From Harriotta raleighana (Eukaryota), in assembly GCA_050575255.1 (NCBI GenBank), contig JBNZDD010013503.1, positions 528,515 to 592,514 on the forward strand: 64,000 nucleotides of DNA, in the 5' to 3' direction. The notes under the pieces were generated by a model. It was not told the DNA's origin, made no database searches, and saw nothing but the letters and a program-made list of their open reading frames with translations. Shown one piece after another: positions 41,001-53,000 of the stretch (its first letter is position 1; every line of letters begins with the position of its first letter). Position numbers and translations under genes: made by a program.

Positions 41001-44000
41001 TGAATCATTTTGATTTGTCAGCCAACTTGCTCCCAGTCTCCTGCCAGTGTTATTCAAAGACCTGCCACGAGCAGATGTAAAAAGAAACAGGACATTTTCC
41101 CTGCTCTATCCTGACAGGCCTGATATTTCTTCTGAAATATATCCCGAAGATACTGAGCCAATTGTTTCATCCGCCAATAATCAAATGTCTGGCGGGTTGG
41201 CAAAGATAATGCAACACTATCACACTATATCGGCAAAACAGCACATCTAATTTGGAAATGTTATTAGGTGATTAGATAGATGTGTCAAGGAATATTTCAA
41301 GATGTTGGACGGGTAAACTAGATATTCTATACCAGAAACTGTTTCCATATGCAACATTGTTGGCTGGAACAATACACTCGCTCCACTCTATAATAAATCC
41401 TCCTCCGAATCGCGTTGAGTTGTCCTCCTGACATTCAGGGTGCTATATCATTGGCAAGGATTATTATTATTGTGAAATTGCATTGGTTTACAGTACCAAT
41501 AGAAGTTTGTGGAACAAAAACAGAAGTTGCTGAGGAAACTCAGCAGGTCAGGCAGCATCCATGGAGAAAGGAAAGCGAATCAACGTTTTGGGTCCACGAC
41601 CCTTCTGACGACTTCTATATATTTTTTTCAGATTCTCAGCATCTATAGTATTTTGTGTTTTGTAGAAGTTTGTGCTTTTTCCTCTCACCATAACTCTCTG
41701 GTTGCCAGTAAACCCACCGAACCCGGGCCTTGGCCCCTTCACTAAAAGTTCTTCCATGTCACTTGGCAAAAACGGTGTGAAACTTATTCCCAGAAACTCA
41801 CTTTATGACCATAAACGTTTCACAGCAGCTCAACATTCAGAACTGCATGTTGTGTGGCTGTTAACAACAAATGGAATAAATGAACCAAGCTTTCAGCCTG
41901 GATCAAGAATGTTCTTGTCAAAATAATCAAGTGATTTAAACTTTTTTTTAAATTCCAAAAGCAAAAATCTCTTCCCTGGTTAAAATATTTTCCTTGATGA
42001 AACAATTTGATTGCAAAGCAAAACTTTAGTAATTTAAGCATGTATAAAAACAACGAGAACACATTTTAATGACTTCAGCCTCTGAATAGGACTGTTGGAC
42101 GTCAATTTGCAATGATTTTTCCACTCTTTTAAGATGCTAATCTCAGCTGGTCATTAGTGGAGGCTAGCTGATTCCCAGCAGGAAGGAAGGAGCAATTGGT
42201 AGGTGGGTCATTGCAGACTGTGCTTATATATCACCTAACAGCTGGAATCAGAGATTCTTTATTTTGGGGCCATTTGAACTCGCTTTTCATGTTGCTGTAA
42301 TGAAGCTTAGATCTACATTAAATCACACTTGTATCATGCTGACACCGCTAGTGGTTTGAAAAAGACTTGAATTACTTGTTTATGAGAGCATAAATGATGT
42401 AACAAAGCTTCTTGATGGACTCAAAATTTAGTTTACAGTTTCTTTCCAGCTATAAAGTTAAAAGTTGCTCTTGTTTAAAGGAAAGACAAAATCAGGCAAA
42501 ATATGTCTGTTCAAAAAGCACTACCCCATCTTAAATTACTAAAGTTTTGCTTTGCAATCACATTGTTTCATCAAGGCTAAAAAAAACCTGTTATAAATGT
42601 ATATTGTACTATTAGTGAGATATCTATATTCAGAGGATCTAAGGGAACCATCAGCTCCAGTGTGAGACCAATGAGGTGTTGTAAGCAGCGGAAGCTAATT
42701 GCATCCCACTGTGACAATCTTTTACAGGGAAGGGGCTTTGGACCAGCCTGGGTGCTTTCAAACTAATTAATACATGCAGAAGCATTGCTGAAATAGAAAC
42801 AGATGAGCACAAATTTAAAAAAATTAAAAACTGTAGTTTATAGAGAGGACATTATAGCACTGTCGCATGAACATATTAGATAACGGGAGGAGACGTTTGA
42901 TGAAATATTGCCCACAATCATTGGCATTACTAAACATTATTGCATTTTGTCTGAATGTAAATAGATCTGCTGGAAGCTTAATGAGGCTTTCATGTTTGGA
43001 AGAAACATCTGTTATTACTAGTGCTAAACAAAGAGCTCCAGGTCAGGAGGTTGAGTCAGTAAATTTTAACAAATTAATCTTGGCTAGAAATTGGATTACT
43101 TTTAGTACTGAACTTTTTTCCCCCCCCATGTTATTATGCTCCACCATTGCTGTTCCTTGTGCCATGCTTTGCACTGTTTACAATTAATTTGGGTCAGTTT
43201 TAATCAGAGAGAACTTGCAGAGTATTCTGCACGATACAGTAAAATTTGAGAACCGTATTTAAATGCATGGTTACTTGATGTTTAACGCATTCGTGGCTAA
43301 ATGATCTGTTATACTCCTATTTCCCTCTGTCTGTGGGGAACAAACAATGTTTAACTACAGGCCTCAACCAAGCAAGACCAACAGTTGTTTCCATGTGTGT
43401 TGCCTTGAAAAAGGACAGGTTGAGGAAACCTATCCAAAGCCTGAGAATCCAGGAATTGTTTTTTTTTTACTTGATTTCATGTTCATTAAAAGCCAGTGGT
43501 TTGAATATTTATATTTGTAACCAACGGGATTCATTTTCATCTGATTTACACGTTCAAACAGGTTGACTGATACAACCACCCCAACAACACTTGAGTTTTG
43601 GAGCAAAATTCAATCTCTGATTTAATATGCAGAGCACTTGTCTGCAGTTTGCAGCACTAATTAATTTTGATCATTTCATAGATGCAGAGTCCAAACAAGT
43701 CTCAAAATGGATGTTTTCCATTCCCTCGCTGCATTTAAGTGATTATTAGCTGCATTATGTCACCCAAGTTATGTCACCATCATTAGTGATACAACATATG
43801 GGGAAAATGTAAATGTTAACCTAGGAGCAGAGGTTATTTAATTAGAGGATTAGCAATCTCTCCAAAGATGTTAATAGCTGCCATCAGGCAAAAGGAAACA
43901 TCCATTTTAAATTAGTTTTTATTTAATGTGCTGATGAAATGATTGTAAAATATGAATTAGTGCCAGGAACTAAATATCAGAGGAGTGCTCTGTGTATTAA

Positions 44001-47000
44001 ATAGAAGATGTTTTCAATCCCATTTGTATTTTCCGTGCAGCTCGGCCTTGCATTGTGTCCATTTTAAGAAGAACAGAAAATAACTAGAACAAGTTACAGC
44101 TTTATTATCATTTGCACCTTTAGGAACTGTTGTCCTGCATATGTTCCTCAGTAATAACCAATGTAACATAAAGTAAATAGAAATATTGTGGGCTGGAAAA
44201 TAGCCTGCGTTAGGCGAGCAAAAGAAAGAATAAGAAGTCTGCAAATCCCTGTAATACTACAGTACTACCATCTGGTACTGCAAAACTAAAGTATTTAGCT
44301 ACAGGAACAAACTGGTGAGTACACTCTAATAGTTATATTAAGTGGGTTTTTAACCACCAAATGTTTGTAGCACCACTGTTGGATGGGCTGGATTACATTG
44401 GCATTCAGTTTCAAGCGGATAGATACGCTCTCTGTAATGATTGAGGACTTAAATAACGGCAAGTTTAAGATAAACATTTCCTCTCATTTTTGTGCATGGG
44501 TTATTTTCATTAATGATTATAGTATTAATAGTAATACTTTACAAATGAATCCGAATTTTATAACCAACAACCACGTAGGTTCAATTGTTCATTAATCTAC
44601 CGTTAACACATCTGGCAAGCCTGGAGGCCCCGGTGTTTGATTGAATGTACCTTAAACCCTCTGTCACATGATTGGTAATCCCTATCATTTTCAAACCACA
44701 TCAGAAAATCTCCCCATCAAACAAACAGACTGCTCTACAACAGTTTTAATAAAAGAAAAATTCAGCAATGTGCTGAATTACTGGCAATTACTGATAATAA
44801 CGCAAACCTCAAGATGATTTCAGCTGCCAATCCCACGTCTGAGTTCAGGTGATTTGATTTATGGCATCACCTGAACTCTTCGATTATATTGTAAATTACC
44901 TCAGGATGTAACTAATTCCCCTTGTATATGATAGACTTGGTACAGCCTTGAAATGACCTACAGATTATTTCACAGAAAAACCTGGATATATCATAGACAT
45001 ATTTGGCACCTTTTTATGTACGTCACACATCTCTCAGCTGCTGCTTACCTCAAGGGTCAAAGGCAGCAGGACCTTGAATCACATTGCATGAAAATAAATT
45101 ATTTTCCCTCAGTTTCTGTTGACTTGTGTAATCACCAGCCTTGACAAGAGAGAAATATTTGTAGCCCAGGGAGCTGTAAGTCACTTAAAATAAAAATTTA
45201 ATCAGGTTTCAACCTGGAATTTGCTGTCAGCTTTCTTGCAGATACAGAAAGCTTCTGAGGTGCAAAAACCTTTTGAGAAATTCTTAACTGTAGTCCTAAT
45301 TTGTAACTGGGTTTCCACTGTTCTTTGCAAGAATTCGATATTGGACCAATGCTTTATAACTGCACAGAAATGCTTTCAATAACAGAGTTTTAAAAAAATG
45401 AGAAATGAGTCTGGCTGCCTGACCCTCACAATCAATCTGCTTTATTATTTCCTTGCTGAAATCATTGCTTATAATTAGCTTGTCCCCAAGTGCTCACGAA
45501 CACAATCAGAAAGTCACCATGTGAAGGAAATGACCAGGGCAAATCAAATGTGTTTTTCTATGGCATATTGCTTCAGGACTGGTCAGGGATTTGGCTTTCA
45601 AACTTGTGATGTATACGAACAATCTCAGTTCTTCCAGTAATTTCCCGACCATGGTTTGCAGCAAACCCCCAATATCTCCTTGGTTCTGCAAATGTAAATT
45701 GTACTTTTACTGATACAGTTTTAAGACAATAGATAGTTGTAAGGTTTTAATAAGAACACTCATATTCCAATGGGATGTGTATTTAAACATTGCAAGAGAC
45801 TCAGTTATTATATAAAATTTGTTTGAAAAAATACAACTTTTAATTTACTATTTCTGGATGAGAGCCAACTTTGTTCAATTGAATGTTATCAAGATTGCGA
45901 TCCTCTTGCTTGGCTTCTGTCCCCTTCCTTGCCTCCTTCGAGGACTGTCTCAAGATCTTCTTCTTTGACTGTGCCTTCGGCCATCCTCTCTTCCTCTCCC
46001 CACCATCTCTCTGGATTCCAACTCCTAGCTTGAGTGCAAACCTTTAACTGACCAGTGCCTTCCTTTGGAATTCCTTTGGATGTGAAATGCCTTATACAAA
46101 TATAATGCTGTTGCTAAAAAAAAAAATTCCTGAGGGTGCAGAGAGAAATCTTTTGTTCTGTTTCTAGAACTTCAATGCACAAAATATTTTAATGTGGAAT
46201 AATCAACCTCCACTAAATGGGCAACAGTCAAATGTAATTATTAATCAAGTATCAGTGGTTTAGCAAGTCATCTCAAAGGCATGAGAATGCAATATCAGCT
46301 GAAGGCAGATTTCTGCTTTGAAACGGAAGTTCCAAGTCAGAATTTCCTTGAAGTTATTAATATTTAATCTGGAAATTTACTCTGAAATATTTAATCACAA
46401 AAGCTGATCAGCTGTTAAGCGCCTGGAGCAGTATCATTAAAGGCTTCCTACTAAGCATTTTTTGGTAAAGTGATAAGCGGGCGAAAGTCTGTGCTTCCCG
46501 AGTAATTTATTCCATTACTTGTGTAACCTATCAAAGACTGCATTGTCAGGTGTGTGCAACTGATGTTCAAGAGAGATATCATCTTTCAAATTTGCAGATA
46601 TTCCCACACTAGGCTTTTCAGCTACTTTATATAGTGGACACTGTCCTTCCATCACGGGGTTGGATGTTTGGATCCAGCCCAGGTTGAAGGAATTAATCTC
46701 CACTCTCTTGGTTGGTTGTAAAAGTCCTGAATAAAGTGATTTGGGAGGCAGTTTAAATCCATTTCTTAGTACAGATGGTTCTATAACTGAACATTGCCAT
46801 TAATTGGTATTAAATCATCAGGCTGACTCGGAGAGGCCATCAAGAGAGTGCACAAAATAGAATGCCAGACTTGTGCATTTCGACCTGTGCATTTCAAGAG
46901 ATTGGGGTTAAAGCACGTCTATCATCTATGATATCTACCAGTGAAAATATTGTAGTAATGCTGCTGATATTGCTTATCTCGGAAGTGTGCTAGAATTTAA

Positions 47001-50000
47001 TCAATCAGTATTGGAAGAGTAAGTTCAGTGGTAGAATTTGGCCCATGCGGAATTCAGCTAACATACAAGAGCATAGGCAGCAAAGTTGGATTGAATTCAA
47101 TTTCTGAATGATTGTTTTTACATTTTTTAATAGAAACACAAATTATCCCTCATCTAACTAGCGATTCCATAGATGACGTACACAACCAGAGTTAAAATGA
47201 AATAAAACCAAATAAAGAGTGTCAGGATACATTTTAAATAAGGAATGATAGGACCAGATGGTTGACTAATGCAATTATATATACAGATTACAGATATTAC
47301 GAACCATTACATTGCTCAGAGATGTGAGCTAAACAAACATTTTAATGTTTTATGGAGGATCTGTTCAAAGCCTCTGTTTCTGCCATCTGATGCAATGCAT
47401 GGCCATAGAGTGCAACAGCCTCTATCATAATTGTATTTCTGTGTGATTTTTCATTGGAAAAAATCAGTTATTTGCAAAGTAAGTGAGATTCACGAATTGC
47501 AGTATGTAAAGCCTTTAATCCAGGAAAGCCGTTAATAACTTGCAGGTCAGGAACTCAACCGATCAGAAATGTCTTTGTGCGCATTAAACACAATAACTTT
47601 AAGAAACCGCTGCAGTGAATGCTAGTTATGTTATCCTGTTTCTACACTCGGGGCAGTAGCCAAATGAAGTAGATTAGCAAGGAAGACTATTGTGACAAGA
47701 GATCAGAGAAACTGTGATGATCAAGGAAAGCATTTACCTTGCTCAAACTCACAATCATTTGTGGTTAATGCTGAATCTTAGCCCTGTAAACAGGAATGTT
47801 TCACAGTTCCAGTTGCCCAGGGTATTTTGCAGAGCTGCTCTCAGTTGAAGCATTACTGACCCATTATAATTTTTTTGATTTCACTGTAGAGCATTTTGAG
47901 ACTAAATATTAATGTTTTCAACCACAGCTAAGTATTATTCTACTTGTTTTGTTATTATATAATAGTTCCTGTTTTTTGGACTGTCCCAGAGATCAGAAAA
48001 TATTTCATTGATGAGAGGACGGGTTAGAGTGCCTATGAGGGTAGAGATGGCTTTTGTTGAAGGCAATGTTAAAGAACCTGAAGGAAGCAAATTTCATGCG
48101 TCCTGTTCAAAAGCAATCAAGAAAAATGCCCGTCAACTGTCTGTGCTCTTGACGGGCCAATCAGAAACAGGTTTTGCATAGTCTTGGGCCTTTGACTGTG
48201 TCATTGAATGGACATATCTAAAGACATTTTGAGTATTTTTAAGAGAGTTCATCAGACTCTTGGGCCCAATATGTGACTGTGTGTGCATTTGAGCTGTTCC
48301 TTTGTAATGGTGGTTTCATAACTTGCTGGAGAACTGTGTGCTGGTACACTGTTAAAAGAAGTGGGATTTGGGTACTAAAATGCCGTTGACTGCCGGTAAT
48401 AATGTAGTGAGTAACATTTAACAGATATAATGCTCAGACTTGTTCTGAAGAGCCTTCAAAAGTCTAAACGCCTGTGAAGTACAATGCCAGCATAGATTCT
48501 CTCGTTATCCCTCCCTTTCCATTGCTGGGTGTATGTCAGTACATTTAGGCACTTAGCATTTAACATCAAGTTGTGAAGCCTTATGATTGTACTGTAAAAT
48601 GTATTAGCTTTCAAAGTATTGTACTTAAAGACTCAATAAATTACATGCTATTCTTGATCAACTGTCTGCTTAACACCATGACTCACACCCGGAGGGGTAT
48701 ATACATACATATTAGCTGTGCGGAAAGCATCAATTGGATACAATCTTTTTCACTGATGAAACATCCAGACTCCAATTGGGAAAAAGAGCAAAGAAATTGC
48801 AGCAGTCATATTCTGTAAGTGCTTCTGACCTTATCATCACACGGAGGTGAAGTTTATTATTGACAAAAAAAAAATAATTTCAAAAGAATTAAAACATTAC
48901 TGTCTGTATGATACCCAGGCAAGAGATTTGAATTTTATGCTCACAAATTTGTTGATTCTGTTTTTAGCATGACTTTCATTCTTTGAAAATATTTTCTTTC
49001 TTCCTTGCCTTGCTTGAGTTTTCCCATGGCACACCATTCCCCGGCCTTAAAGGGAGGCAAGGGAGGGGTGGGTGAGATGGAAGGCTTCCGGGATAGAGTT
49101 CCAGAGGATGGGAGCAGAAAAGTTGAAGGTCCGACCGACGATGGTGGAGGGGGTAGGGTGAGGGATGTGGAATGGTTTGGTGAAGTTTTAGTAGGTCGCA
49201 GAAGTAGGGAGTAGCAAGGTCGTGGAGGGTTGTAAAGGTGAGGATCTTAAGATGAAGATCTGGGCACAGGGAGCCAGTGAAACCAACGAGGATGGGGTGA
49301 TTGGTCACATAGCTTAGTGTGGGCTTACCTAAGTTTACCTAAGGAGGACTGCAAAACAAAAGCATTGTCACCAAGTGGCCTTTAAATTTTTTTAAACATA
49401 TTTAAATAGGTTAGCTTGTACCAAATTGGAATGGTAGATCTCTGAAACAAAACACATGATTGATTTTATTAATGTCATTTCAAAATATGGGGTCCATAGC
49501 CTTGATCAAAAATGTGCATTATTAGTAGCTTGCTGACAACAGCTTATCATTATCATATGCTTATCTGTCCAATATTAGGTCCTTTTAAACATACTATAGT
49601 TTGGCATCCTGCTTTCAGTTCTACATGTATTCTGGTTTTAACTTTACTTTGCTTTTACTGACCATTTGTATTTTTTTTAAAAAGTTTAAATCTTTGAGAT
49701 GTGTTAATATGTGGGAGAATAGGGCGAATGGATAGTCACCTTGATGAATTGCGGAAAAGGAACCCAATGTCAATTTCTGTGTTAAACTCAATGATATTGG
49801 CAGTTGGCTGTGCTATTATAGTAAATGGTTTGTTTTCCTAACTGAAACTGAGTAATCTTTTGTTTGATCATCATAAGTGGATGGGTGTCACCATAGATCA
49901 ACTAAGCAGTTCCTAAAAGCATCCCATAAACATTGATAAGTACTTTGCACTAAGGAGTCTGCGACACACAGAAACTTTGTTCCATATAAAGATTCCTGAT

Positions 50001-53000
50001 GGAAGGTGGGAGAAAATCAGGGATACATTAATAACTAAAACGTTGGAGGCTTAAATTTAAATGGTCCTCTGAATCAGAAATGGAATTTTAGTTTAATGGC
50101 TTTATTTTAATCTCATTGTACATTGGTGGGATAATTTCCCAGAAAATAGTTAGACCCTTCAACAACAACAAAATTACACTTATATAGTGCCTTTCACGTC
50201 GGGAGGACGTCCCAAAGCACTGAACAGTTAGGTCGGGATCTGAGCGGGGGGGAGGGTCGGTGAAGGGGAAGGAGAGTGGTGGAGGAGGAAGAATTAGGGG
50301 GGAAGCCGAAGGCGCGGTCGAAGAGGACGGTCTTGAGACCGGCCTTGAAGGAGAAAAGGGAGGAAGCAGGGCAGAGGAACTATGAGATGGAGTTCCATAG
50401 TGTGGGGCAGAGAGGCTGAAAGCCCAGCCACCGATGGTTGGGCGGTAAGGTCGGTGGACATGGAGCAGGCCTGAGTCTGCTGAATGGAGGGTGCGGGCAG
50501 GCTGATAGGGAGACAGCAGGTCAGAGAGATAGGCGGGGGCAAGGCCGTGAATGGCCTTGAAAGTGAGGATGAGGATCTTGAATTCGATCCTCTGGGGGAT
50601 GGGGAGCCAGTGAGACGGGTGAGGGTAGGAGGGATGTGGTCGTGAAACCTGGTACGGGAGAGTACACGAGCTGCAGAATTCTGAATGATCTGCAGCCTAT
50701 GAAGGGAGGAGTTGGGAAGGCCGATGAGGACAGAGTTCCCGTAGTCGAGCCTGGAAGTGATAAAGGCGTGAATGAGTGTTGCGGTGACATGGGGGGTGAG
50801 GTAGTGGCGGAGCCTGGCAATAAAGCGGAGGTGGTGGAAGGCTGTGCTGGTCAAGGAGCAGATGTGGGGGAGGAAGGATAGTTCGGGGTAAACAAGATGC
50901 CTAGATTCCTGATTTGCTTTGAGAGCAGCCTTGTTCGCTGATGTTATCAGCGCCTGAGGTGCGGAGGCGCTGATATGAGCCAATCAGGAGGGCTTCCGTC
51001 TTGTTGACATTGGGCTGTAGAAAATTTGCCCTTGTCTAAACACAATGTCGGACAGACATGCAGTCAGAACGCCAGTAGTCCTGGAGTCGAGGGTGGACGT
51101 GGAGAGATAGAGTTGGATGTCATCTGCATACATGTGGAAATATATTCTTTCAGGAATGCTTTTAGGAATTGCTCAGTTGATCTATGGTGACACCCATCCA
51201 CTTATGATGATCAAACAAAAGATTACTCAGTTTCAGTTAGGAAAACAAATCTTCAGAAGGAGGAAGGAGGGAAACTTGGCAAATTAATGTTTATCCTTCT
51301 AGCGACAACTCTCCCTACAGTATTGTTTGGTTCTGTGCACCTGCTGGCTGAATTAACGTTTACCCTTTTGAATTATTCCATGCCTGAGCCGACAGTCTGA
51401 GTTCCTTAGTGTGATGTTTTATTTCCTTTCAGCAACTGTGATGGTTCACTGTGAATGAGCCTCCATTCCATGCTTTTCCCGAGGAGAAAGAGCTAAACAC
51501 AGAGAAAGGCACAAGACCTCCAGACGGCTCACTGAAGAGCCGTGGATGGGTCACAAGCCAGACAACCTCTAACCATGTGGAGGGAGCAGCCTAAGGGCAA
51601 ATAGTATAGTTGGGGATGGAGGGGAGTAAAAACGTATCCTTTATTTTAGTATACTTTCAAATAGATGGGATACATCATCTCACCAATTCCTCAGATCTCA
51701 TTGCACTTCTCTAGAGAACAACGACAACAAAATTACATTTGCATAGTGCCTTTCACATCTTGAGGGTGTCCCAAGGCGCTGGACAATCAGATTTTCTAAC
51801 TGGAGCTGGGGGGGGTCGTGATCGGGGAGTATGGAGGACAAGGTGGGACGGAAGGTGGTCGAAAGCATAGTCAAAGAGAAGGGTCTTGGGTTTTGAAAAA
51901 CCTAAGGGAAGGGGCGAGGCGGAGAGACAACAGGATGGATTTGCAGGCATGCCCGCCAATAGTGGGCCGGGCGAGGTGGGGGATGTGAAACAGGACGGAG
52001 TCTGCTGAGTGAAATGGGGCCACGTTACATCATGCAAGTGATTTAAGTTCACTCTTATGCTGTCCCAGATCATTAATAACTGCTCTAAACAATGGAGCAG
52101 CCGAGCATCAGAAGAATGACTTCATTAATCGTCCCGAATGCTGTCAAAGGTTTTTGGAACTTAGTGCCTGATAATATCTTATTTCAAGATTCTCTGAAAA
52201 AAAATTACATACTCGTCGTTGCCAAGCCTTTTGTTCTTCTAGCAAAATGCTTTCGATTCAACTATCAACTTTCAGAGCATGAGCAGTAATGATTCATTCC
52301 AAAACTAACATTGCTGTAGTCTGACTGAATAGGGCAAAGAGAGCCATTAAATAAATGCTGGAAATCTACAGCAGATCAGTCAGCATCTGAAGGAAGCAGG
52401 TAGGTTCACGTTTCAGATATTGACTGACATGCATCAGAAATGCAGAGGTGTCTTTGTCATGGATAGATAGACCCAAGTAAAAGAAAAATATAAAGGATCG
52501 TTTGCTCTCACAGACTATAGAGAGCTGACCAAAGAATTTTTTTAAAATTAGGAAGATTTCAAAGGAATATGTAAATGCAAAGAGTTGGATCATTATGAGA
52601 ATGTGCTAAACTGGGAAGTGTGGCATGGGGGGAAAAAAAAGAGAGTCGGGCCGCTGTTAGGAGGTGTGAAGTGGCAGTTTCATACATTTAAAAAGAGAGA
52701 GAGAAAAACAAACCTGAGGGTGGAGAATTGAAAATGGAAGAGGCAGCTAAGATTTGAAGGTGTTAAAGTTAGTGTTAAGGCTTATGGCTGAAAGGTGACT
52801 GAAAAAAGGATGGTAATTCAGCTGTTTGCATGCCTAATTTTGTTGCGGTTGTTGTTGTTGCAGACCACAGGGACATTAGAAAAATGCCTGTGGTCTGAAC
52901 AGAGATGCTCGACCATCCATTCTGCATTTGCCCGCAGCCCTCTTTGCAAGGAATACAGGCAAGCTGGTCCCTCTGAAATACCACAGATTTCCGGCATTGT

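Noticed and set aside
50945-50975. 11-bp perfect hairpin tatcagcgcct/aggcgctgata
   Set aside because: It lies inside the L2 coding remnant, is a single instance and has no evidence of function.
50294-50983. 229-aa ORF as a host gene
   Set aside because: It is a frameshifted L2 ORF2 remnant.
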